Positions 38,943-61,781 of a stretch of DNA of 64,000 bases are shown piece after piece. The stretch comes from Eledone cirrhosa. Its lineage: Eukaryota. The stretch covers positions 28,458,001-28,522,000 of the forward strand of contig OZ024743.1 in NCBI GenBank assembly GCA_964016885.1, given 5' to 3'. Numbering within the stretch: the stretch's first letter is position 1; every line of letters begins with the position of its first letter. The position numbers and the translations under genes are program-made. The notes under the pieces are model-generated. The model had not been told where the DNA came from and made no database searches. It saw nothing but the letters and a program-made list of their open reading frames with translations.

Positions 38943-41213
38943 TTAAACCTTATTTAATGTTGGTCTATATTTTTGAATAAACATATTTTCCTTATTTATT
39001 CGCATTTGTTCTGTTGTATTGTTAGCGCAAAGATAAAATGGGAAGACTTGGAATTTGGGTGTCTTATTACTTGCGCAAATGTCTAGATGTGCACTTAGTG
39101 GTATTTGTCTCGTGGTTGGATCTCGTAATTGTTGGCGATGAACTGTCATTCTGTTTCTGAGTGTGAGTTTAGTTTGTCCTATATAATCTTCATTGCATCC
39201 TTTACATTTAATGGCATAAATTAGATTTTTTGATGAGCAAGTGAAGTGATTTTTTACAGTAAAATTTTGTCCTGATTTAAATGTATACGTGTTGCCTTCA
39301 ATGAGGTGAGTGCAGGTTCCACAATTAGAGCGACCACATTTTTTGATACTTGGTTGTGGGTTTGTGGTAGGTAATTTGGCATTGGTGAGTAATGTTTTCA
39401 GTGATTTTGGTTGTCTTTTGCTTTTGATTATTTTGTGTGTTTCAAGGGCTTTTTTCATTCTTGGGTTTTGTTTTAGTAGTGGGATGTTATTGTGAATAGT
39501 GTTGTAAGCTTCCGCATTTCTTGGGTTGTGTGTTGAGATATATGATAGAATATTGGACGTACCTTGAATTTGTTTCTGTTTCCGTAATTCATCAATGCCT
39601 ATTGCTTTAGCCCTTTCTATTCCATTATTTATTAGTAATAGTGGGTACTCTCTCTCAAGTAGAATTTCCTTTAATTCTTGAAGTCTTTTATTTCGCGTTT
39701 CATAATTGGAGACAATTGTGCAAATTCTTCTTGCTAGGTTAAAAGGAATGTTCGTCTTCGTGTGCTTTGGATGGTTGGAGGTGAATAGCAGATATTGTTT
39801 GGAATCTGTTGGTTTGTAGTGTATGTCAGTTTCGATATTTGTGTCTTTTTTTGTGATTAAGATGTCCAGAAATGGGAGTTGATCTTGGCTGTATTCCATT
39901 GTGAATTGGATGTGGTTATTGATGCCGTTTATTAAGTTTTTGAAATCCTTCAGTTGGTCGAGTGTGTGGGACCAAAGAATGAGGCAATCATCCAAGTAGC
40001 GTTTCCAATTCTCTGATAAATATTTGTGGAAGTTCAATCCGTATTTTGATTTGGACTGTTCATATATCTGGACTTCTAAGTATGCCATGACTAAGTTGGC
40101 ATAAGTTGGAGCGGCTTTTGTGCCCATCGCAGTCCCCGATATGTGCTTGTAAGTATTGCCATCGAAATCAAAAAAGTTGTTCTGTAGGATGAATTTTAAT
40201 CCCTCGGTGATGAAGCTTTTTTCTATTCTGTCAGGTATCTCATTGGGATATTTCTCTAGCCAGAATCCTATTGCTTCTAGTCCGTATTGGTGTGGGATCG
40301 TTGTGTAGAGATTCACTACATCGAAAGACACAATAATAGTATCGTTGTTGACATGTTTGGGGAGGTGGTTTAAGAGGTCCAGATCGTCTCTTACAAGGCT
40401 TGGTATGTGTTTCAGTATTGGTTTCAGTAGTATGTCTATAAAGTTGCTCAATCTGTGTGTTTCACATTGTGGGCCCGCTACAATTGGTCTTAATTTAAGG
40501 TCTGTGGGGTATTGTGTGTTCACGCAGGCTGAGGTGGATTGTTTACAGGCATCGTTGATTATTTTACATTTGTGGATCTTCGGAAGTCCGTAAAGGTTGC
40601 TGGTTTTGTATTCAAAATTTGTTAAATAATCGCGTTCCTTTTTAGTTAGGTCTTCCTGGTATCGATAAATCAGTGTGTTTAATTTGGTCATTATTTTTGA
40701 TTGCTGGTAGTTTTTTACTCTTTCATAGTAATTAGTATATTGTAAGAGAGAGAACATAGAATTTTTATATTTTTCAGCCTCCATAATGACAACAGTACTT
40801 CCCTTGTCCGCTTCCTTAATTACAATGTCCGGATTGTTTTTTAGTTCATGGATAATCTCCCATTCCCTTCGACTTGTGTTGGGTTTGGGTTTAGGTTGCG
40901 GTAGTTCATGGTATGGGAAGGTAGCTATGTGGTCACAAAATTTGTCCAGAACTCTGTTTCTACCTTTTGTTGGGTTGTAGCTGCTTTTATTCCGTACAAT
41001 TGATTCGTCGTTATTCTCCTTGTCAAAGAATTCCTCTGTGAGACGTAATTTTCTACAGAAGTGTGAGATATCGTCATTTATCTCGTTGGGGTTAGGATAT
41101 TGTGGTGTTGGTGTGAATTTCAGACCTTTGGAGAGAATTTTTAGTTGTTGGGCTGAGAGGTTTGTATTTGAAATGTTAATTATTTTCGGTTTTTCAAAAT
41201 CGGTTTGTGGCAC
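38943..41213 (-). CDS. PLE reverse transcriptase + C-terminal GIY-YIG endonuclease (756 aa from GTG; frame open to ~41270)
   Basis: [85 protein letters not shown]...YIGQT...RMTVH. Confidence 0.95.
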   Translation of the reverse strand: MPQTDFEKPKIINISNTNLSAQQLKILSKGLKFTPTPQYPNPNEINDDISHFCRKLRLTEEFFDKENNDESIVRNKSSYNPTKGRNRVLDKFCDHIATFPYHELPQPKPKPNTSRREWEIIHELKNNPDIVIKEADKGSTVVIMEAEKYKNSMFSLLQYTNYYERVKNYQQSKIMTKLNTLIYRYQEDLTKKERDYLTNFEYKTSNLYGLPKIHKCKIINDACKQSTSACVNTQYPTDLKLRPIVAGPQCETHRLSNFIDILLKPILKHIPSLVRDDLDLLNHLPKHVNNDTIIVSFDVVNLYTTIPHQYGLEAIGFWLEKYPNEIPDRIEKSFITEGLKFILQNNFFDFDGNTYKHISGTAMGTKAAPTYANLVMAYLEVQIYEQSKSKYGLNFHKYLSENWKRYLDDCLILWSHTLDQLKDFKNLINGINNHIQFTMEYSQDQLPFLDILITKKDTNIETDIHYKPTDSKQYLLFTSNHPKHTKTNIPFNLARRICTIVSNYETRNKRLQELKEILLEREYPLLLINNGIERAKAIGIDELRKQKQIQGTSNILSYISTHNPRNAEAYNTIHNNIPLLKQNPRMKKALETHKIIKSKRQPKSLKTLLTNAKLPTTNPQPSIKKCGRSNCGTCTHLIEGNTYTFKSGQNFTVKNHFTCSSKNLIYAIKCKGCNEDYIGQTKLTLRNRMTVHRQQLRDPTTRQIPLSAHLDICASNKTPKFQVFPFYLCANNTTEQMRINKENMFIQKYRPTLNKV

Positions 41214-41626
41214 CGGGTGTCGTGAGTCCTGTAGCCTTGGTCTAAAAAATGATTTTTCTGGAATGTTTTTTCATTGGTATTATTATATCTAATGGTATTT
41301 CCCCTGTTGTTGTGTGGTCTTGTATAGAAGTTTCGGACGTATTGAGGTCACCACTGGATAGAACTGGCGCGAAATTTATTATAATTATTGACAAACCAGT
41401 CAAATTACTTCTCGAAAAACCTGGTTTTCGAGCCAGTTTTTCCATATAAAACAAGTAACATTTAGAGACCAACCAGATGTGAGAAAAACCACAGACCCTC
41501 CATCTCAACTCACCTTTTGAAAAGCAGAAGAACTGCGAAACCGGTAAAGGAACCAAATAAATATATATATTTAAAAAAAAAAAAAAAAATAAGACTTCAG
41601 TTGCATTTTCGATTTCATCCCTTTTT

Positions 41627-45851
<4,225 letters not shown>

Positions 45852-45950
45852 TTCTACCTGGACTTGCGACCGATAGATAGTATTAGCAATTGGAAAGACC
45901 AACGGAAACATTGTTCCCTCGGTCCGATTTGACGAAAGTCGATCGTTCCT

Positions 45951-45981
<31 letters not shown>

Positions 45982-45985
45982 GGGG

Positions 45986-46053
<68 letters not shown>

Positions 46054-46055
46054 TG

Positions 46056-46089
<34 letters not shown>

Positions 46090-46116
46090 GGATATATATA
46101 TATATATATATATATA

Positions 46117-46504
46117 CGATGGCAATCCCAAAAGTAAGGTCTCCTTCCGATATTGCAACTTTTCCGTTAAAATCCTGTGGATGGGGCTTCGGAAAACCTC
46201 AGGAACCAAAATGCAGAGAGCATCCAGAGTCATCCGCTGATCTTTACGCATGTTTTCCTCAGAAGGTGACCTTACTTTTGGGATTGCCCCCTATATAATA
46301 ACTGCGCGAAATTAGCACTTGGCGGTACCGTTCAACGGGAGGTCCATTCTCAACGGCTACCAAGATTGAGCATCCCAGCGAAGCCCGCGCATGCTTGTTT
46401 GGGAGTGAAGGAAGCACCAATAACAGCATTGTTGCCATCAGCCGTACGAACAGTTTCTCTGCATTCCCATCGCTTTGGAGACCTTACTTTTGGGATTACC
46501 CTCG
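46117..46504. mobile_element. Mariner-derived rearranged non-autonomous element
   Basis: TIRs cgatggcaatcccaaaagtaaggtctcc / ggagaccttacttttgggattaccctcg with TA flanks; third TIR at ~46268-46293; transposase HTH remnant DQRMTL...IHRILTEKLQYRK on minus. Confidence 0.75.
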
Positions 46505-46537
46505 TATATATATATATATATACACACAAATATATAT

Positions 46538-46643
<106 letters not shown>

Positions 46644-46800
46644 GTATATATGTAAAAAAATATATATATATATATATATATATATTTATTCAGGTTTGAG
46701 GTTCACCACTGGATAGAGCTGGTCAATTCCGTCTGGTCAATCGCAATGTAATAATATATTATATATATATATACTTATTATATATATATATATATATATA

Positions 46801-47068
46801 TATTGGTAAACGGAAAAGAAAATGCTGACAAATTGTTCCCAGTGAAAAATAGTTTAATTAGGAATAAGTAAAAATTAGTAATAGTATTGGTTAGTATTCA
46901 GTTTTGGTTTTAAGTTTTACAGGTTGCGCATTTCTAATGCTTTTCAAAAATAATTTTGAGATAGAGCGCCCGTGATGTTTGCTCTAATCTGTTTTTCACT
47001 GGGAACAATTCGTCAGCATTTTCTTTTCCGTTTACCAATATATCATAACTCGTGTGTTACACCTCTAT

Positions 47069-47074
<6 letters not shown>
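46801..47074. mobile_element. Fold-back fragment of the family-1 PLE pLTR with hammerhead variant at 46915-46950 (-)
   Basis: 46801-46990 is the reverse complement of ~6820-7022; 46992-47040 pairs with 46801-46849; tail ...gttacacctctattctttt as at 7030-7056. Confidence 0.88.
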
Positions 47075-47143
<69 letters not shown>

Positions 47144-47187
47144 ATGAAATCGAAAATGCAGCTGGAGTCTTATTTTAAAAAGTGTAA

Positions 47188-47233
<46 letters not shown>

Positions 47234-47585
47234 GTATATATATATATATGTATATATATATGTATGTAAAATCATCATCATTTCATTTATACGTCCGCTT
47301 TTTCCCTGCATGTAAGGGTGGGATGGGAACTGATTCTGGCTTGCTTTCTGCAGCTGGATGCCCTTCCTAACACCAACCGCCTTTACAGTGAGTGCTGGAT
47401 GCTTTTTTGCCGTGGAATGATAGGGACCCCAGTCCCTATCATCTCATTTCTACAGCTGAGGAAACTGGAGCAATGTGAAATAAAGTGTCTTGCTCAATGA
47501 AACAACACATCACCCGGTCTGAGAATTACACTCACAACCTTTCGATTGCAAGGCCAATGCTCTAACCAGTAAGCCATGTGCCTCC

Positions 47586-47617
<32 letters not shown>

Positions 47618-47630
47618 GTATATATATATG

Positions 47631-47683
<53 letters not shown>

Positions 47684-47696
47684 GTATATATATATG

Positions 47697-47746
<50 letters not shown>

Positions 47747-48009
47747 CACATACATACATATACACACACATAAACACATACACACACATACATACACACA
47801 TACATACATATATATATATATATACATACATACATACACACACACATACAAATATACATACACACATAGACGCATACATACATATATACATGGTGGCCGT
47901 GTATATGTGTGTGTGTGTATGTATGTATGTATATGTATATATGTGTGTATGTGTATATATATATGTATGTGTATGTATATGTATATGTATGTATATATAT
48001 ATGTATCAT

Positions 48010-48470
48010 CATCATCATCGTCGTCATTTTACGTCCGCTTTTCCCTGCTTGCAAGGGTGAGACGGGTCTTATTCAGCACAGCATCTCTCCACTCGTCACT
48101 GTCCTACGTCATCTCCACCGTGAGCTTCAGCGATCTGAGGTCTGTTCTCACCACCTCCGCTCATGTTTTTCGTGGTCTACCTCTACCACGTCTTCCTTCA
48201 ACTGGCATGTCCTGGCACTTCTTTACCCATCGGTCATCCTCCATGCGCATCACATGTCCATACCACCCCAGTCTCCTCTCCCGTACACTACATTCTATCC
48301 CTCTCAGACACAGTTTCTCTCTCAACACATTTATGCTGGGTCATTCACGCACATTTACACTGCACACCCAACGGAGTATGCTTGCCTCATTTCTCTCCAG
48401 CCGTCGCATATCCTCTGCAGTTGCTGCCCATGTTTCCTTACCATGCAGCATCGCGCTCCTCACACAGGCA
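48010..48470 (-). mobile_element. 3' fragment of an RTE-clade LINE
   Basis: Minus strand: [12 protein letters not shown]...[14 protein letters not shown]...[11 protein letters not shown]; (GAT)n tail. Confidence 0.85.
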
Positions 48471-48693
48471 TGTATGTGTGTATATATATGTATGTATATA
48501 TATATGTATGTGTGTATATGTGTGTATGTATATATATATGTATGTATATATATATATGTATGTGTATATATGTGTATGTATGTATATATGTGTGTATGTA
48601 TATATGTGTATATGTATATGTGTGTGTATATATATGTATGTATATATGTATGTATGTATATATGTATGTGTATGTGTATGTATATATATATGT

Positions 48694-49294
48694 GTCAGGT
48701 CACCAGTTGGTGCTACTGGTAACATGTATCCCAGTACAACCTGACCCATGGTCGGGTCGTTGGCGACTAAACTGGCAACACTACCAAGGTTTCTTGGTGA
48801 GGAGGGTGACTTTGGACATCCTGCAGGACTAAAAACAAAATCTCTCAAAGGGCAAAGGAGCTATAAGAGTCAATGGCCATCCAAAATCACCGGGAGAGAT
48901 GACCCCTTAGCCTTTGTCAAAGCAGAATTCTAGAAGGAAAACTCTGATATAACACCTGCAACCCTGATGGTATCCAATGATGTTGACTTGTTCTTCTTTT
49001 GGTAAACATCATCTTGGTTAAGAGAGAGGTACTAGCTTTGTGCAGTGCCTTTGCTCACTATAAAAGCTTCACGGCACAGGCTTTGCTTTATATCTGGAGA
49101 TCTCTCAGCACTTGTCGTCACATGGTACCATGGGCCCAGCAATATGTGTCAATAATTGTCACAAGTGTAGTGTTTGTACCAGAGTTTTCAAGTCGCTGGC
49201 TGGACTAAAAAGTCACATTCATGCAGCCCATCAGTAGGGGTTCTCCTTCATGGATATAGAGTAGTGGCCGTACTCGAAAACGAGTTGGCAGCCA

Positions 49295-49297
<3 letters not shown>
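48694..49297 (+). mobile_element. ~600-bp non-autonomous RTE derivative (5' UTR fused to ORF2 C-terminus and 3' UTR)
   Basis: RTE-type 5' UTR motif (ga)aggaaaactctga; terminal zinc finger [17 protein letters not shown]; at least five copies in the window. Confidence 0.75.
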
Positions 49298-49345
<48 letters not shown>

Positions 49346-49352
<7 letters not shown>

Positions 49353-49601
49353 GTGAGGTTTTTTTTTACAAAATGAAAAATAACCGAGGTGTCCTACACG
49401 AGTGGAAGTATAAAGAAAAAGAGATGAAATCGAAAATGCAACTGGAGTCTTATTTTAAAAAAAAATATATATATTTATTTGGTTCCTTTACCGGTTTCGC
49501 AGTTCTTCTGCTTTTCAAAAGGTGAGTTGAGATGGAGGGTCTGTGGTTTTTCTCACATCTGATGTAAGACTCCAGTTGCATTTTCGATTTCATCTCTTTT
49601 T

Positions 49602-49608
<7 letters not shown>
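49346..49608. mobile_element. Fold-back fragment of the family-2 PLE pLTR (tail + 150 bp + 44-bp inverted arm)
   Basis: 49346-49561 matches 37710-37935; 49565-49608 is the reverse complement of ~49409-49452. Confidence 0.9.
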
Positions 49609-49639
<31 letters not shown>

Positions 49640-49724
49640 GTATGTATATAAATATATGTATGTATATATATGTATATATAGATATGTATGTAAATATATA
49701 TATATGTATATATATATATGTATG

Positions 49725-49771
<47 letters not shown>

Positions 49772-49913
49772 GTGTATATATATATGTATGTATATATATA
49801 TATGTATATATGTATGTATATATGTATATATATATATATATATGTATATATAGTATATGTATATATATATATGTATATATATATATGTACATATATGTAT
49901 GTATATATGTATG

Positions 49914-49987
<74 letters not shown>

Positions 49988-50052
49988 TATGTATATATAT
50001 ATGTATAAATATATATATATATATACATGAATATATATATGTATATATATAT

Positions 50053-50661
50053 GTCAGGTCACCACTTGGTGCTACTGGTAACATGTATCCTAGTACAACC
50101 TGTCTCATGGTCGGGTCGTTGGCGACTAAACTGGCAACCCCACCAAGGTTTCTTGGTGAGGAGGGTGACTTTGGAGATCCTGCAGGACTAAAAACAAAAC
50201 CTGTCAAAGAGCAAAGGAGCTCTTAAGAGTCAATGGCCATCCAAAATCACCGGGAGAGATGACCCCTTAGCCTTTGTCAAGGCAGAATTCTAGGAGAAGT
50301 AAAACTCTGATATAACACCTGCAACTCTGATGGTATCCAATGATGTTGACTTGTTCTTCTTTTTGGTAAATATCATCTTGGTTAAGAGAGTGGGACTGGC
50401 TTTGTGCAGTGCCTTTGCTCACTATAAAAGCTTCACGGCACAGGCATTGCTTTATATCTAGAAATCTCTCTGCACTTGTCGTCACATGGTACCATGGGCC
50501 TAGCACTATGTGTCAATAATTGTCACAAGTGTAGTGTTTGTACCAGAGTTTTCAAGTCGCTGGCTGGACTAAAGTCACATTCGTTCAGCGCATCGGTAGG
50601 GGTTCTCCTACATGGATATAAAGTAGTGGCCGTACTGGAAAACGAGTTGGCAGCACCACCA
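50053..50661 (+). mobile_element. Non-autonomous RTE derivative, full copy
   Basis: Colinear with 48694-49297. Confidence 0.8.
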
Positions 50662-50683
50662 TATATATATGTATATATATAAG

Positions 50684-50716
<33 letters not shown>

Positions 50717-50782
50717 GTATATATGTATATATATATATATGTATATATATATGTATATATATATATGTATATGTATATATAG

Positions 50783-50815
<33 letters not shown>

Positions 50816-50850
50816 GTTTGTATATATATATATATATATATATATATGTT

Positions 50851-50913
<63 letters not shown>

Positions 50914-50914
50914 G

Positions 50915-50947
<33 letters not shown>

Positions 50948-51063
50948 GTATAATATTTATATGTATATATATATATATATGTATCTATATATATATATAT
51001 GTATATATATATGTATATATATATATATGTATGTATATATATATGTATATATATATATGTATG

Positions 51064-51096
<33 letters not shown>

Positions 51097-51702
51097 GTCA
51101 GGTCACCAGTTGGTGCTACTGGTAACATGTATCCCAGTACAACCTGTCTCATGGTCGGGTCGTTGGCGACTAAACTGGCAACCCCACCAAGGTTTCTTGG
51201 TGAGGAGGTAGACTTTGGACATCCTGCAGGACTAAAAACAGAACCTCTCAAAGGGCAAAGGAGCTCTTAAGAATCAATGGCCATCCAAATCACCGGGAGA
51301 GATGACCCCTTAGCCTTTGTCAAGGCAGAATTCTAGGAGAAGGAAAACTCTGATATAACACCTGCAACTCTGATGGTATCCACTGATGTTGACTTGTTCT
51401 TCTTTTTGGTAAATATCATCTTGGTTAAGAGAGTGGGACTGGCTTTGTGCAGTGCTTTGCTCACTATAAAAGCTTCACGGCACAGGCATTGCTTTATATC
51501 TGGAGATCTCTCTGCACTTGTCGTCACATGGTACCATGGGCCCAGCACTATGTGTCAATAATTGTCACAAGTGTAGTGTTTGTACCAGAGTTTTCAAGTC
51601 GCTGGCTGGACTAAAAAGTTACACTCGTTCAGCGCATCGGTAGGGGTTCTCCTACATTGAAATAAAGTAGTGGCCGTACTTGAAAACGAGTTGGCATCTA
51701 CC

Positions 51703-51703
<1 letters not shown>
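51097..51703 (+). mobile_element. Non-autonomous RTE derivative, full copy
   Basis: Colinear with 48694-49297. Confidence 0.8.
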
Positions 51704-51746
<43 letters not shown>

Positions 51747-51772
51747 GTATATATATATTATGTATATATATA

Positions 51773-52368
<596 letters not shown>

Positions 52369-52398
52369 TATGTCTATATATATATGTATATATATGTA

Positions 52399-52473
<75 letters not shown>

Positions 52474-52474
52474 A

Positions 52475-58164
<5,690 letters not shown>

Positions 58165-58167
<3 letters not shown>

Positions 58168-60925
58168 TCTTTTACTCTTTTACCTGTTTCCGCCATCCGG
58201 CTGAGGCCATGCTGGGGCACCGCCCTTGTTGCTACACATTTTATTTCCAGCCTGTATAGGTTGGCCACTGGTGTTTAGAGGGAGTTTGTTGCTGCTTGCC
58301 CTTAGGTTCCCCTTGTGCTTTGCTGTGGGCTCATCCGGGATCGGGTATAGCAATGTGTTGAGATATTTCTTGAAGACATCCACCTCCACGTCATGCAAAT
58401 CACTCAGATCCCTCGGCAGCTTGTTGAAGAGTTGAGGGCCCTTGAATCCCAGGCTATTGCAATATCTGCTCCTTATTTTAGATGTGGAAGACGGGACCTT
58501 TGGCACCACACAGTGACGTCCTGTTCGACGGTTGGTCCAGCTCACAATGCCAAAGTTTGGTGCTAGTCCCTCCAGGATTTTCCACATGTAGATCATTCCG
58601 TATCTCTCCTGTCTTCGTTCCAAGGAGTAGAGGTTCAGTTCCTTTAGCCTCTCCCAGTAGCTTGTCTCCTTCATCGTGGAAATCCTCTTGGTGTAGCTTC
58701 GCTGGATTGCCTCAAGCTCCGTGGTTAGTTTGACACTACGGGGTGACCACAACTGGGAGCAGTAGTCCAGGCGCTTAGGACAAATGTCCTCCATAACATG
58801 GTGTCTCAGTCTCTTGTCCGGAAAGTCCTCAAGATCCAGCCAGCGAGTCGTTTGCACAATGTCGCCACTTTCATGATGTGTGAGGAAAAAGATACATCAT
58901 CGCTCATGTCTATGCCCAGGTCTCGTATCGATTTTGACACGGGTATATCGCTCCCTCCTTGTCCTGTGTAGTTGTGTTTTACTATATTTGTGTTGGCAGG
59001 TTTGTTTGGAGGTTTGTATTGTAGGGCTTGGAATTTGCCAGCATTAAATTGCATGTTGTTTTCTTCCGCCCATTTGTATATGGCATCCAGATCTTGTTGT
59101 AAAAGGACAGCGTCAGCCGGGTTTTTGATTGCCTGTGCTACCTTAGTGCCATCAGCATAGCTAGTGAGGGATGTTGTTGTATGTACTACAGAGGGCATGT
59201 CTGAGAGAGCCACCAAAAACAGTAGTGGTCCCAGGACTGTCCCCTGGGGTACCCCACTTGTTATTGGTGTTTCCTTTGAGAGGGCCTCATTTGCTGCGAC
59301 TGTCTGGCTTCTGTCTTTTAGGAAGTCATCCAGCCACTCACCTACTTTTCCAGTTATGCCGAGTCCGTGTAGTTTGTGACATATCATTCCATGGTCGACC
59401 TTGTCAAAGGCCTTCGCAAAGTCAAGATATATCACTTCCACATGTGAGCTGTCTAGTAGTTGTTTCAGTACCCAGTCGTAGTGATGTAGCAGCTGTGTAA
59501 GGCAGCTTCTTCCTGGGCGGAAGCCATGTTGCTTGCTAGTCAGGCGGTCATTTTCCTCGAGGAAAGTGATCAGTTTCTTTCTGACGACTCGTTCCATGAC
59601 CTTACTGATATGCGAGTCAGGGAGACTGGCCTATAGTTTTTGGCCTCTGCTCTGCTACCTCCTTTATGGATAGGGCATATTGTGCCTTCTTTCAGCTCCC
59701 TGAGTAGTACACTGCTAGCCAAGGAGCTTCTGAAGAGCATCTTCAGTGGAGCTGCTAAGGCCCGCTTACATGTTTTTAAGAGAACTGCTGGGAATCCATC
59801 AGGTCCAGCAGCTGAGTCTGTTCTAATTTCATCTATGGCGTACACCACATCCTCCTCCGTTATGTCTATATGTCTATGTGGTTGATGGTCGCCATTTCTT
59901 CATGTAGTGTTGTGGTATCAAAGAACTCTGGCTTCGTTGTTTGCATGTGCCTCAGTGGACATGTGAACACACTTTTGTACTGTTCGTTCAGTATTTCACA
60001 TATCTTTTGGGGGGTTTCGGTTAATGAACCGTCCGTATGGAAGAGTGGCCCAATCTTGCAGAGTACCGAGGCAGTTTCTTTTGCAAATTTAAAGAAGGCC
60101 TTAGGGTTTGTTTTAATGTTTTCTATGGCCCCGTTCTCTTTCTTTGCCCTCTCATTTTCATGGGAAAGTTTGGGTGCAATCTCGGTGCCAAGTAGTGCAC
60201 ATTTCAAATAGGATTCCTTCTTGTTTTTGTTTTCTTGTTGACTATTCAACTGGTTTGAGAGCTTGGTTCTACGTCTCATAAGGATTTTCCTATCTCTGGG
60301 AATAAGATTTTTTGTCTGTTTGCCTTCTTCTACGGGAGAAACCTTTTGCATATAGTGTGTATCGTTGTCATGAAGTATTGAAATTGTGTGTTAGTGTCTT
60401 GTGTGGCGGTGTTTTCACTCCATGTTTGCTTCCGGATTTCTCTCTTAATCTTTTTCCAGTTAGCCTTGTAGAAGCTAAGGCTGGATAACGTCCCAGAGCT
60501 TCTTGGTGGTTTTGTCTCTGTTGGTTCTCTCGGACCACATATCATTAGCTCTACTAAGTTATGATCCGAGAGAATTGTTGGTGTCACGTTTACATTGTGG
60601 ATGAGCACTTCGTTGTTTGTAAAACAGAGGTCCAGGACATTTTCGCCTCTTGTTGGGAGGAGTATTGCTTGCTCCATGAACAGCCTGTGTGTGAGGGCCA
60701 GCAGGGATTCCGTCTGTCTCTGTTCTATTGACGTCACTCCAGGGAGGAAGGTGGCCCTCAGGGCTTTTGACCTTTGGTAGGTTGAAGTCTCCCAGCAGTA
60801 GGATGTTGAGACCCTGGTCCAGTTTGTCAAGGACCTCTTCTATCCTACTTAGGCTATCCTCAAATTTACCCTCATGACTGGGGGCATCGGGCGGCCGATA
60901 TGTGACACATATTACTGTCTGTAGT
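58165..60925 (-). mobile_element. 5'-truncated, frameshifted CR1-group LINE (APE + RT)
   Basis: YRPP, LLGDFNLP, PTRGENVLDL, SDHN; AAGPDG, NYRPVSL, QHGFRPGRSC, DFAKAFDKVDH, SGVPQGTVLGPLLF, YADGTK, LDYCSQLWSP, SLERR; (AAAAGAGT)n-like tail. Confidence 0.92.
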
Positions 60926-61115
60926 TGCTTCATATGTATTATATGTATGTATATATATGTATATATGTATATATATATGTATGTATATATATGTATATAT
61001 ATGTATATATATATATGTATATATATGTATATATCTATATATATGTATATATATGTGTATATATTTATATATATCTATATATGTATATATGTATATATAT
61101 GTGTATATATATGTG

Positions 61116-61146
<31 letters not shown>

Positions 61147-61186
61147 GTATGTATATGTATATATATATATATGTATATGTATATAT

Positions 61187-61402
61187 ATAGCTTTCACCGT
61201 ATTTTTTACTAAAGGAATTTTTTAGCCTGATAATGGGGTTTAGAACCCTCAGATAAATGGAAAAAGATGAGTACGGACCTACATGTACGTCAATACTCAT
61301 CTTTTTCCATTTATCTGAGGGTTCTAAACCCCATTATCAGGCTAAAAAATTCCTTTAGTCAAAAATACGGTGAAAGCTATTCTATTTTCTAATTTCAAAC
61401 CT
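61187..61402. repeat. Fold-back island: 87-bp inverted arms, 20-nt loop, ~22-nt unpaired tail, in TA array
   Basis: 61187-61273 pairs with 61294-61380 (one mismatch). Confidence 0.9.
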
Positions 61403-61491
61403 ATATATATATGTATATATATATATATATGTATGTATATATATATGTATATATATATGTATGTATATGTATATATATATGTATATATATG

Positions 61492-61578
<87 letters not shown>

Positions 61579-61649
61579 ATATATATGTATATATATATAT
61601 GTATGTATATGTATATATATATATGTATATATATGTATATATGTATATG

Positions 61650-61781
<132 letters not shown>

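Larger units (their letters stand above)
37710..41630 (-). mobile_element. Penelope-like element family 2, copy A: 3' tail + pLTR, ORF, 5' inverted pLTR (41361-41630)
   Basis: Intact RT-GIY-YIG ORF; 41361-41630 is the reverse complement of ~37772-38048; (TA)n flanks. Confidence 0.95.
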
